Shown: positions 24,757-37,356, numbered from the stretch's first letter. The stretch: 64,000 nt of DNA from Oikopleura dioica (GCA_907165135.1 OU015568.1:12462001-12526000), one strand, 5' to 3'. The notes: a model not told the origin generated them from the letters alone. A program made the numbers and translations.

Positions 24757-24864
24757 TCTGACCCTAGAATTCGGTGATTCTGTATAACTTTTTACGGGCT
24801 TTCAGAATATACAAATATCTCAAAAAAATTTTTTTCGCCCGAAAAATTCTTATGGTAATTCATC
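24289..24864. mobile_element. Palindromic MITE, family A, copy 2
   Basis: Same GATGAATTACCATAAGAATT termini; nested CTACGTAGGGACCCG/CGGGTCCCTACGTAG and CCGACCGGT/ACCGGTCGG palindromes. Confidence 0.85.
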
Positions 24865-24940
24865 AAAACGAAGTCGTTTAGACTGTCGAGAATAGCTGAA
24901 ATAGAAGAAAGAAGGCGAGTGCCCACCGCGCCACCGCTGC

Positions 24941-27503
24941 ATGACCCAAGGAGTTGGAAAAAACGGAAATATAAATGGCCAAGTTGCGCTACCCGTTGTA
25001 GAGGTACACAAGAAGCCACCCTGTAGATTCATCTCAAAGGTAAGAATTGCTGTTTTTGATAGATATTTGTGGAAATAAAGTAGGATGGGATTAAGTTGTA
25101 AATTCCAAATTTACCTGGCTCGTGAAATAAATCTAATTACCTCGGAATTAGCAGAGAGTCGATAGACTCAATTTTGCTTGGTGTAATCAATTTTAGTACA
25201 AGGTACGTCTGGTACGTCGTTATAACGCCAGATTTATGTCGTAAATTTTGAGAGAATCTGACGATTTTCCGAATAGATTCAGGATCCAACTAGATCCGGA
25301 ATTGCGGGTCATTCTTGAATTTTGATAATGATAAAGTTCACGAGTTGGAAGTCGTATTTCAAACAAAAACGCCTCGCCAGCACGTTATTACGTGAATTTC
25401 CAATTGTCCTTTAGCGTGGACAAACAGTACAAGAACACGCGATTGACAGTTGTAATTCATAGAAAAAGCAAATATCAAACAGTCGAAATAAAGGAAACAA
25501 AGTGCCCTTCACTAGTTTAGACATAAAATAACTCAAAATTCGGTATTTGGGAATTTCTTTCTAATGGATCATTTCTAGTCGGGTCGGTGCTCGATTGAAA
25601 ACTTGAACCAGCCACCATGGTTCTTTCGCTACATGGCAGATCCGCTGACGACCTGCATCGACTTGCGCTGGAGATATACGCTATTGATATTTGTGTTTCT
25701 ATACGTAGCTAGTTGGATGGTCTTCGCCGTTGTATATTACATTATTTCACTCATTCACGAAGATTTTCCATGGCAGGTTCCTTCCAACGCTGTGAGTAAG
25801 TATTTTTTCACTGTAATTACAATAGGGGAGTACAGTAACGAGACTTATTTCAGACTATACCAGTTGGCTGAACACCTGCGAGACACTTACAAATAACACG
25901 TGCGGAAACGAGACATTACTGGCATGCGCTAGCGACGAGTGCAGTCTACTAGAAGACTGCAGTAGCTGTCTGTCAGACGCGATCGAATGCGTGCGCAAAA
26001 TGAACGAGTACGAGGCCGCGGCGGGCGAGGATACTTGCTTCTCCGATATCAAAGATTTCACTTCCGCCGTATTATTCAGGTACTTTCCCACATCTTTAAG
26101 GAGGTAGATATCAAGAATAGGCATTTTCTGTCAGACTTTTCTCCCAAAGTTAAAATAATGACACCCTTATTTTACTTTGGAAACAAAAACTTTGAACCTT
26201 TCTTTATTTCCTATGGAAGCCGAAATTTCGATTTTCAAGAAAATTTTTAACAAAATTTTTCGTCAAAGATCGCTGACTTTCCGAAAATGGGCTTTTTGAC
26301 CACAATCGGAGGTGCCAGATTTGCATTGTAGCACCTCGAAAGCTCAAGAAATCCTAATTTTTGGCTTCCATAGGAAAGAGATAATTATCTGAAATAAATT
26401 TTGAGCAGAAAATAAGGGGGTCACTTTGTTAAAAATTTGAGAAAACACTGACAAGAAATCCGATTCTTGATATCTACCCCCTTAAGCCCGATACAGTAAC
26501 TGTTCAGTTATGAAACGCAAACAACTATCGGCTACGGTGGCCGACATCCAACAGAAAAGTGTCCCTCGGCAGTTTTCGCCGTCATGGTCCAATCCGTCCT
26601 GTCAACGATTATCGACGCTTTCGCCATCGGTTGGATCATCGCGAAAATTTCTCGGCCAAAAAAGAGAGCAGAGGTTCTATCCCTTCAGTTTCCCTGTTCT
26701 AAGAAATATTCAAGACGCTGCTGTTTTCGAACAAAGCAGTTATCAACATGCGCGACGGAAAGTTGTGCCTAATGGTTCGCGTTGGAAACTTGCGAAAATC
26801 GGTGCTGGTAGAAGCGAATATCAGAATGCAACTGGTGAGATCGCGGACGACTGAAGAAGGAGAACACATTCCTTTTGAACAAATTGATCTCGACATCGAC
26901 CTTGGGAATGATTCGGAGACGATATTCCTTGTCACGCCTCAAATTATCGTGCATCCGATTGAGGAAGACTCCGTAAGTGGAATCTTAATTTACTCCTTTT
27001 TACGGAAGATGTTAGCTTTTAGTCGCTATTTAATCATATTTTGAGTCCTTGTTGATTCCATTTTTAAGCCACTGTATGACATCGGCCCCGACGATTTGAA
27101 CAGCGACGCGTTTGAAGTGATCATCATCCTTGAAGGAATGGTCGAAGCCACTGGAGGCACAACTCAAGCTCGAGCGAGCTACATGCCAAACGAAATCGAG
27201 TGGGGCAACCGCTTCAAAAACGTCGTAACACGAGGACAGAAGGAAAAAGGTGAGCCCAGCTCAAGGGACTTTTCTTAATTGGCGTCTTTTAAGGTTACCT
27301 GATCAACTTCTCGCATTTTCACGAAACGTACCCGACCAAAAATCCGCCAAAATGCTCCGCCAAAGAAATGGATGAACTAGAAAACGCCGATAGTAGCGAC
27401 ATCTTTGCCGTAAGCAATCATCATCCTTTATGAATAATTTCGACAGTTATTATTTTAGATTGAAAAAAGTATAGAAAACGTGACCTCCACTAGCAGCAAC
27501 TGA
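24941..27503 (+). CDS. KCNJ: Inward-rectifier potassium channel, Kir2-like
   Basis: CRFISK-SGRC N-terminus; TTCIDLRWR; pore [18 protein letters not shown]; M2 IIDAF; [10 protein letters not shown]; LVEA; [16 protein letters not shown]. Confidence 0.95.
26100..26481. mobile_element. Intronic palindromic MITE with TTAA TSD (Kolobok-like termini)
   Basis: TTAA|GGAGGTAGATATCAAGAAT ... ATTCTTGATATCTACCCCC|TTAA, with an inner inverted TTCCTATGGAAGCC/GGCTTCCATAGGAA. Confidence 0.85.
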
Positions 27504-28280
27504 AAAACCAGAAGAAAAAAATGAATCTACAAAAAGAAAAGTTCCGCATCGTTCCGCTACAAATCCTTCCTCTTTCTATCTCCCTTTCTCTTCATTCTTG
27601 CTTTAACTTTTCCTTCATCCTTCTTTACAATTTGAAATTTGATAAGCTTCCCGAGTCTCTTTTAAAAAGGAATCTTCTGATGAAAAGAAATCTCATGATC
27701 GCTGTACATACATTATGCTCAAAAAAGAACCTCTTATCTCCTCTTATCCTCCTCTTGGAAAGTAAAATTTATCAAAACAGACGACAAAACAAAGTTTTGT
27801 TTTTTTTTTCCAAGAGACATTCCAATCAATTCCCAATTACGGAAAATAATGAAAAAAATGACTTATAAAAGTAATTATACCTTATATATTTGTGAATACA
27901 GTATTTATTGAATTCATTGTCTATTCATTCTCTCGCTTTTTACGAGTTCTCATTATTGATTGCAAGTTTAGATCCCATCTACTAAAATCCAATAATGGCC
28001 TTAATTACAGTTGAAATTTTCAAAGAAGGCCGTTGCCTGGCAACGCATTTTACGACCCCCAGTTCCGTCATTTTTCCAAAACCGGACAAATAATAATTGT
28101 TTTCAATTTCAATCAGTAGCCTCGATCTACCGGTTGGCCACGGGCCCCCAAAACTTGATTGGCTTTAGGTCGCAGCTGTGGCCTAGCGCCACCGTTTTGA
28201 ATCTGAGAAATCGTGTTTATTTTCTTCCATTTTACGCTAAGAGAAACGCGACATTTTTGTAAAAAAATATTTTTATAGAA

Positions 28281-30508
28281 ATGGATGATTATAATGGCGT
28301 TGATAGATTGCTATTCTTCGAGCAGTATTTAAAGAGATTGAGGTTTGTTCCTGTCATCTTATGAGCCCTTCATTGAGATGTTTTTCTAGGTCAGAGAAAG
28401 AAGACTTCTTCAAGGAAACCTTGGAGCGTCTTCTTTCGACAACATTGGAGCTCCCGTTTGTGGAAGAATGCCGCAAACTGTACATAAAAGAGCGGAAACC
28501 GAAAAAGTCAGGAAAGTGCTTCGGTGCGCCGCTGAATATGTACCAGTTTGAGCGGCTAGATCCGCTGATTCAAACGATCAGGATCGATATCCACAAAGAA
28601 GGCCTATTCAGGTACCGTTTGTTACCTCCTCTCATTTTCCCTAAGAAATAACACTTTTCAAAGAAAAGCCAAAATCTAAGGTTTATTTTGTAGAAAGCCA
28701 GGAGCAACGGCAAGAAAAAAAGAGCTTCGAAGAATTCTCGACTCGGGCGAAAAACCTCCAACGGAAATCAACGTCAACGACGCTTGCGACTTGATCAAGA
28801 TCTTCTTCCGCGAGTTGCCGCAGAACGTTTTTCCGGAGGAGCACTTTGCGACGCACATTTCCATCTCGGACATGAACCACGCCGATGGAACTGAGGACAA
28901 GCGGCGGCGGATTCAAACGCTCCAGGCGCTCTATCTCTGCCTGCCTGATGTAAACCGCATCGCGATTCGCATCCTGCTGCAGTTGTTGCACTCGACAGCG
29001 CGGCGACAGGAGGAGAATAAAATGTCGGCATCCTCGTTGGCGACGATCTTCCTTCCCGCCCTTCTTCCACAGGTGGTCGAACATGGCTCCTCGGCTGGAA
29101 TCACGAAGCTCTCACATCACATCACCTTCATGATTCGACACGCCAGGAAGATTATCATGCCGCCGATAGAGATCGTCAATCTAGTTCAAAAGTTCTACCC
29201 GGATTGTCTTAAAAACATGCCTCCTGCACCTCCAGCTTCTGGCAAAAGCAGACCAGGCGCAAAGGTAAAGCCTACATGAACTCCCTTTTCACTTACTTGT
29301 GTTTTCAGAAAACACTTTCTACCCGTCTAAAAGACTCAATCGTCAACTTTGTATCTCCAAAGAAAGGGCGCCGGGCGCCGATTCGCGATGCAAATTCTAT
29401 CTCTCATACGCTTCTTTTCCGCTCAGGCTCGGCCGATTGGACCAGTAGTCCCAAAGCGTTAGATCGACAGTGTCGCTCGAAGAGTGAGAAGATCCTCAAC
29501 AGGAAGAGCATCTTTGGTTCAAGAAGCGACATCGCTGATAGTGATGAATTGCCCTCGACCAGCACAACCGCCAATAGCGAGTATTCGAAATTCCGAGAGA
29601 TGCATAGGTATCAGCTTATTCCATTCTCCCGATTTCTAATGAATCTTTTAGCAAAGAAACGGCTTCCATGGGTTCTATGGCTAGTCTTCTTTCATCTGCA
29701 GCTTCCAACGATATTTTCGACGAGGCCAAGGCCGATTGCATCAGCCGAGCCTCGATCGACTACGCCGAGAAAAGCCAAGACGAGCTTCTCTCCGAAGAGC
29801 CAACAGAAGAGCCACAAATGAACGAGGAATCTAAGATCTCAGAAGAATCCACGGAAGACTACCACTCTGCCTCTGTCGACGAAATCCTCGACGAAGACAA
29901 TCCGGACGAGTCGAGCGAGCACTCTCCATCTGTTACCAATCCTCAAATTCCTTCCTCGACAAGCGGAAGTCTCATTTCCAAGAAACCCTCGGCCTCGTCT
30001 CTCTCGCAGTACGAAGAGAGCACGACGAAATCGTCAATGAAGGAGTGTCTTGACGAATCTACCTTAGAAGCCCCGGATATAAGAATCACTTCGATCGCTG
30101 ACTTGGTCAGGATGCGACAACAACACAAAGGTAAACAAATGCGATTTTTCTTCATTACCTCTTTCTAGCCGAGAGCTCCTCTCGACGCGTTCTAGAGCCA
30201 GTGTCCGAGAATAGCCCGTCTCGTTACTCGCCCAAGCCTTCCATGAAACGAGAAAGCCCGACGCATCCAAATGTCCAGCGAGAGCAAAAGCTGCAGAAGA
30301 CAGAAGAGAAGACAACTGTCACCCTTCCTCGACCGAGTAAGAATCTCTTTCAATTCCCTCAGCTCATTTTTTCATTTCAGTTGTGCGTGCTAGAAACTCG
30401 CCTGGCTTGTCTTCCTACCGCCGCGACTTGCGCCGTAACTCGTCAACGCGCATGGGTCCGTTGGCGGCCATGTCCATCCGCCAAGTCAAGAAGGAAACTA
30501 TTTTATAA
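28281..30508 (+). CDS. ARHGAP19: RhoGAP, ARHGAP19-like, with Ser-rich C-terminal tail
   Basis: FGAPL..EGLFR-KPG (arginine finger), NDACDLIKIFFRELP, QALYLCLPDVNRIAIRILLQLLHSTA..QEENKMSASSLATIF. Confidence 0.8.
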
Positions 30509-31025
30509 AAAAATCTCTTGTTCACAATTTTAAATTTTCAGTTACTTCACCAATTCACCAGTTTCACCGTAACCTATTTTAGCCAACCTCTTTTTCACCA
30601 TCCTTTTTTTAACCACTTCCCCACTTTTATTCACTTACATTCCAAAAGCACTTACTAGATTCTGCCAGAGCATATTTTTCCCTTCACTTTGAAAAGACTC
30701 TTCACCATTCCGATTTGAATTTTGTCAAAAAAGCTGCCCGTTAGATGAAATTCGAAAATTTGAAAACCTGACTCACAAAACCCTATCTTTAAAAAACATA
30801 ACACTGTGCTACGGTCGTCGTTTACTTTGATAGTTGAAGTAGGCGCCGCCAATTCTTGATCTTTGTAAATACGGTTATAATAAAAAATTCAAAACCGAAT
30901 ATTTCACAAGCCTTTCTTCTCCTTTTTTGAAAATTTTCAGGAATGTAGGAAAACTCGGGGTTTTAAATATCAAATTAGTTTATTTATACAGTACAGTAGC
31001 AATCTTCAAGTAGAAAAGAATACAG

Positions 31026-32700
31026 TTAGTTGAGCCATTTGTCCTCAAGTAGTTCTTTTGCTGATAAACGTCTACAAATGCTATATTTTCTTTTTCAAAT
31101 CTTTTAAACTAACCTTGCAGGATCAGGGTGAAGCATTTTTGACAGGAATTCAGCGAATTCTTCCGCTTCTTTTTCCTAAAAAAATATAAAAAATGAATAA
31201 AAAAGTGTTCTAACGTCGATTCCGCGCTCGACTATTCTTTGTTTGAGAGACCAAGGGTTGATGATCATATTCTTGTTTTTGAGTTGAAGTTCTTCATTGA
31301 AATAGTTTTTCGACTTTGATCCGTACATGATCAGTCTCTTTGGCCACTGATTGAACCCGTTGCCGATCATGAACTCTGTGTATAGTCGAGCGTGGTCTTC
31401 ATCCTTTGTCCAGTGCTGAGATGCTTTTGGTCGGAATAAAAGCGCGCCAACAGCAATTTCAAAGAGAGTGCATGCCATGCTCCAGATATCCGCTGACGTG
31501 TCGTATCCTGTTCTGAGGAACACTTCCGGACTCATGTACTGACGCGTCTGGATATCTGAAGCAAAGTGCTTGTAAGTCCAGCAGGCGTTGCCGATGTCAG
31601 CCAGTTTGCATTTTACTCCTTCACAATTTGGATCCAACAAGTCGGGCAGGAGAGACGAAGCTGGTTGCTCCAGGTCGACCTTTAGCGATTTAGTTTCAAT
31701 CTGTTTGGCTATCTGTCGATCGACGTGTTCTTGCAGGCGTTTCGCCTTTTCCGGATCAGGAGAGTCAACTTTATCGAAGGTTTTTGGTTTGAAGGAGGCC
31801 ACGTGACCAGCTGAAGGAGCATCTTCACCGCTACGCTGCCAGTTGTACGCTTCGATCGCCAGGCGATAGACGTATTCTTTCGAAACTTGAATGCTATTTT
31901 TGTTAGAAAAGAGGTTGAAAGTCAGTCTTGAATCAAGACTCTTGATCTACCAAATATTTTCTGGTTTGATATCCGTATGGATAATTTTACACTTTGAGTG
32001 TAGAAAATCCAGACATCGAATGGATTCCCGCGCGATTTGTTTGACCACGGGAAGAGGGATCCCCTGGTATTGACTTTTTTGAAGAAATTTGTAGAGGTTT
32101 GGCCCCAGAACGCCAAAGACCATCACAAAGTGTGTTCCGAAAATGGAGTCGACTGTGAAGTAGTTTAACAGAGTTGTGACGGATCTTCGCGCTAAAATCG
32201 TCTTGAAAGTGAAGTAGGATATAAAAGCTAAACCTTCGTGGGAATCTGCTTCTCTAATGCATTCTAACAGGTCAACTTCGTCTTTTGCAGTCTCATAGTA
32301 TGATCTTTTTGATTTCATCACCTGGATATCATACAAAAAATCATCATTCAAAACAATTACCTTTAACGCTGCGAACATTTTACGCTTGTTGTCCCATGCC
32401 AGCCAGACTGTAGAAAACGCTCCCCATCCAAGTTTCCTGATTATCTTGCCTAGATATCAGGTATTCTGTGAAGAGAACTGTTCATTTTCATTAAAAACTA
32501 TCCTGATATCGCTCATGAAAAAAGTCTCCAACTTCTATCGGACAATACCCATTTTTCTCATATTCATTTGAAGCCTCTTGCTCATCATTGTCAGACCCAA
32601 GTTTTTCCTCTGCGTAATCATCTCCATCTGCCTCCTCGTACTCGTATTCAGAGTAGTACTCTCCCTCGTCAGAATAATAATCCTTAATTTCCCGTTTTCT
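31026..32700 (-). CDS. SRPK: SR-protein kinase (SRPK1/2-like); N-terminus may extend to ~33700
   Basis: LGSDNDEQE..GYCP, IRKLGWGAFSTVWL, IIHTDIKPEN, KLADIGNACW, IQTRQYMSPE, DIWSMAC, KDEDH. Confidence 0.95.
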
Positions 32701-34215
32701 AATTCTCTCTCCTCTTCTTTTCTACCTGAATCGTCATTAGATAAGAATAAAGCTTTTTTGACACTTCCGGTCGCTCAAATTTTGATGGGTCCAAACAAAT
32801 CAGAGAAGAAACATTTATTCAACAGTGAATTATCAAAAATAGTGAAGAACTTTATAGAAATGAGCTGATTTTTTTTTCATAATCAAGTGAACTTTGGTAT
32901 CGTTTTTGTCGCTCGTCGCAGATTTCCTGAATGATACTTTCTTATTTGAAGAATCTTAGAAGACTAACCTTGGCTTCGCCCTCCTAGCAAAACTGGCTTC
33001 ACTTGCCCAAGTCTTCGCTGAGATCTGAGTCTTTCGAGAGCATTATTTCTAAACATCAAACTTCAAATTTTTGTCATCAATTGTCAAGAGTACCTCATTC
33101 TGACAGTATCAACAATCGAGCGTCGACTGAACTCTTCATTCGTGAAATTTTTGTTTGAAACTCCTTCTTGAGATCGAGCAAACATTTTCGAAGTATTGGC
33201 TATACTGGCGCGTAGCAGAGGACTCGGCATTGGAACTTTTTCCGTTTGAGGGCGTCGCGGTGGTTTGGAGCTTTTTGGAATTGAAAATGATGGGTAGGGT
33301 CCATGATCTGTGTATGGCCGCCCTGAAGAAAACGATCTTTAAAATATGTTGAAATATCTTGGAAAAATACGGTCAAGGACTGGAATTGTTGTTTCTGAAG
33401 TCTTCGGCGTCATCAAAATATCTCTTCTCTGGTCGTTGTCAAATCCTCTAATGTCAGTCTTAGACGAGTTCGGAAATCTGTACTCTTGAGTTTTCGGTGG
33501 AGCTTTTCTTGAGAGAACACTTTCTCTTGACTCCCTAGTGGTTCGAAATGACGAGCTAGAAGAAGTATGGAATGGTGCTTTTGTCGGTCGGTACGAGTTT
33601 CGGTCAGGATATCTGTTGATTCCGTGATGGGCGCTGTCATGATAAAGAAATCGAGCGTTGTACACTTCTTTTTTCGGTCGATTCAGATCTTTCAGAAATA
33701 TAGGAGAGAAGGATTGATGAGAAAACTACCTGTATATTTGAAATTATTGTCTGGCGCCCAGTTGACCAATCTATGAGTTGACATAATTCTCTAATTTAAT
33801 AATTCTGATTTCTTCTTGTAAAGCTAGAGTTGTCTCTTTGTCCCGGCCTTTGTCTGCCTTCTGTTAAATGGGAAATGCCCTGATGAATAAAAAAATTTGG
33901 ATAATCCAGTTTCAATCAAGTTAGACAATGCCTCTGTCAAGTAACACCGCCCCTTCGACTCAAGCTGAAATCGCTGCTTGTGCTCAGTATACACACCAAT
34001 TTACTTGCTCTTCAGAGATAGCAACGGGCGCCACTGTTGACAAAATAACATCCTCAATAAACACATTATGCTATCGAAAGATTTAAAGACAAGTGGCTAT
34101 AGGAAATCGCTTTCGACACTGGTATTTTGTAATTCTCTTCCTTTATTTCATGGGAACTGAAACAGATGATCATTTTAAACTCAGAATTTAAAGTTAAATA
34201 AATTCAAATTTTCTG

Positions 34216-36629
34216 ATGCTTTTTCTTTCGATTTTGCTGGGCGTTGCCCTCGGAATCGAGCACTTTCCCTCGAAATGGGGCTTTGGGGATGAGATTGCGC
34301 CGTATGAGCTAGAAGATTTGACGGCTTTGGAGGAATATGTCAGACGGCCAGATCCTCATTTTCGATATGAGCTTTGGGAAGAGTGTTCTGAGAGAGAAGC
34401 TACCTATAACATCTACTGCTTTAAAATGTGGTCTCAACAGTGGCTCAATGAAAGGTAAAATGGAGTTACAGTACAGTATGCATTTTATTTCTAGTGTTTG
34501 GTATTCTCCTCATCATGAAAATGCAGTCTGGTGGCACTGGATGGTCGTCATTGTGCCACGAAAATTTGACGAGGACATGAAGAATCACGTGTACATGCAG
34601 ATTGAAGCTGGCAGCAACGGAAACAACAACTACCCGAATATTCATGACAACGAAGACATTGACGCGGCTAAGATTCTTGCTGTCGGCGGTGGTATTGTCA
34701 CTTCTATTATCTTTCAAGGTACCTTCTTTTTATACTTTTATTCGTCATTCAATTAAATAAGCAAATCATGAATTTCAAAGCAGAGATCAAAAACTTGTGG
34801 GTTTCCTCGATAATTTTTCATCGCCTCGATCATTTTTGTCTGAAGTTCCCGGTGGATTATTTCCATTTTGATCAGGTCATCCGTTATTTTAGTTGACTAA
34901 AATAAGTGTGGTTGTTTTCGATTTCGAGACTTCTCAAACCAAACCCTTTCTTTTTCAGCAAGCAAATTATTTCTGAGCTTTGAGTTTTCATATTCCAAAT
35001 TAACAATTTTGACTGTTTTAGCATCATCATTGATCATTCATCAACTTCCTTTCGTTGTTTCTCTGTTCTTTGAATTTCATCCGACATGGCAGTACCAATC
35101 TCTACAAGGCCTTTCAAAAAGCCCGCTGTCTGTATTAGTTTTCCAGTATAACTTTCCAAGGACATTTTTATCTTGAAATTGAGCGTCAAAACAGAAATGC
35201 ATTCTATTTTATACGAAAATCATGATTCAACAGCAGGTGATCTTTCAACAGTGCCTTCGCAACCTCAAGTGCTTTCTGCCTTTAGGCGGTTATCAGATCT
35301 ATAATGATTAACTGATTTAAGTCCCGAATCAACGAATCAAGTTCTACGACGATTGGTGGTACGAGAACGGCGAGCCTCATGGTAGAAAAGAAGATGAATT
35401 CTGCGGCTACACTTGGCGTCTTTTTATGAATGACTTGACTGGCGAGCCTATGCCAGAAATGGCCAAGGGTTGGGGTGAAGAGATCATTGCTTACTTCCCA
35501 ATGACCAAGGCTGCTACGAAGGGACTAGACCTTTTGGAAGAGTTTTTGAAGGAAGAAAAGAACATAGACGTAGAGGGTTTCCTCGTCGCTGGTGGATCGA
35601 AGCGAGGTTGGACCACATGGTTTACCGGAATTGTTGAACCAGTGAGAGTGAAAGCAATTGCTCCAGTTGTTTTGGACGTTTTGAACATGCATACGAGCTT
35701 GAAGCACAGTTTTATGATGCTCGGCAACTGGTCCTTTGCTTACGAAGACTTCTACCGCGAGAATATTACCCAGAACATCGATACCGAGGAGTTCTTTGAG
35801 CTCATTCAGCATATCGACGTATTCACTTATCGAAAGAAGCTGGCTAATATGCCGATCGTTGCTGTCACGTGCTCTGGAGACCCGTTTTTCATGATTGACG
35901 ATTCTTCTTTCTATCTCGAACAAATGAAGGAACTCGGCGAAATTCATCGGTATTTGATGGGAAATTGCGAGCACTCAACTTTAGGTAAAATATCTCAACG
36001 AGTCTTCAATTATTACGAATTCAAGGACATTCGTTGACCAACGGAAACATGTTCCGAAATATCTTTGCTTGGTTTAAAAATCTGATTCTCGGAAACAAAT
36101 CCCCGGGAATCTCCTGGGAGCACGGATTCAACGGCGATATTCTGTGGGCGACTTTGACCATCGAAGGCGATTTATTGCCAGACGAGGTGAATATCAAGTA
36201 CAGTGAGACTGTTGAGGAAGAACGAACGACGCTTTGGAGAAAAGACTGGCGATGGACAATTCCAGAGAATGAGTGGGATCTTCCCGGTTATCATGAATCG
36301 GACAAATACCCAACTTCAAAGAGTGAAGAACGGGGAGGCCAGCCAGTGCTCATTCGCCCGGTCAAAGTATTTCCTCGAAAAGCGATTGGAGTTGATGAAA
36401 AAACTTATGTAAGAGCATCAATAAAGTTTGTTATGTTATTTTTTTTAAGTATTTCGAAATGAACATCCCAAGCACCGGTTGGTTGGCATTTTGGTTCGAT
36501 GCGACTTTCACGCTTCCATCTGGTGACGAGTTTACCACTTCATCTGATACCTTTATTGGCCCTGATACATACTTGACTTCCGAGCCTGTTTGCTTCGGAG
36601 AAGGAGAATGCAGAGGAGGCCTGGTCTAG
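34216..36629 (+). CDS. Secreted PqaA/AprA-family alpha/beta hydrolase
   Basis: Signal peptide; TALEEYVRRPD; SQQWL; WWHWMVVIVP; FPMTKA; VAGGSKRGWTTW; RVKAIAPVVLD; GNWSFAYEDFY; SGDPFFMID; NCEHS. Confidence 0.85.
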
Positions 36630-36675
36630 CAATATTTTCAATAAAACAATTACAGGCTTGATTGTTTATTTGGTT

Positions 36676-37356
36676 TCAGTCGAAAAGTCCGAAGCAGCCG
36701 TCAAGGTCTGAATCTTCTTCCGACGCTTCATTAGTTTTTTGCTCTTTCTGAACCTCAGGGGAGCTTTTTTCATCAGAATTCTCATTCGCAGAAGCAGTTG
36801 CTCTAGAACTCGACATTGATTCTACAAGCAAGTTGACATCAAGATCTTTTGTACTTTCGGCAAAGGCATCAATAATTTCATTTTCCACTAAAAAAAATCT
36901 GGTAAAATTCGAGGTCGGAAGAGTTTGAACAATAAAAAAGAACATCAAGAAAGAATTAACGAGTGTTTATTACCTATTAAACCAACACTTTGAAGAAGAG
37001 CGTCTATATTTTTCACATTAATTTCACATCCTCCATCTGCTAGAATGAGCGAAATGTATCCTAGTGCAGTTTCACTGACTAAAAAAATAATAGGACATAT
37101 TTTTTGATGCAAGATAGAACCTTGAGGAGAAGCAAAACGAACACTTTTGGAAAGGCCTTCTACCATGTCGACATCTTCAAATGAGTCATCCAAGTCGACC
37201 ATGGTTAAATTTGAAGGAACATCTTCCAATTCGTTGTAAACGAACTCATCTAAAAGATTGCAATGAAGAATTATGAGTTCTTTTTTAATTACCATCAATC
37301 TGATTGGACTTGACTCCCTCAAAACCATCATCAATGAAACCCTCGGCGTCTGACAT
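36676..37356 (-). CDS. RPLP1: Divergent 60S acidic ribosomal protein P1-like with N-terminal extension
   Basis: ALGYISLILADGGCEINVKNIDALLQSVG (P1-type helix) and C-terminal EEDSDLDGCFGLFD*. Confidence 0.7.
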
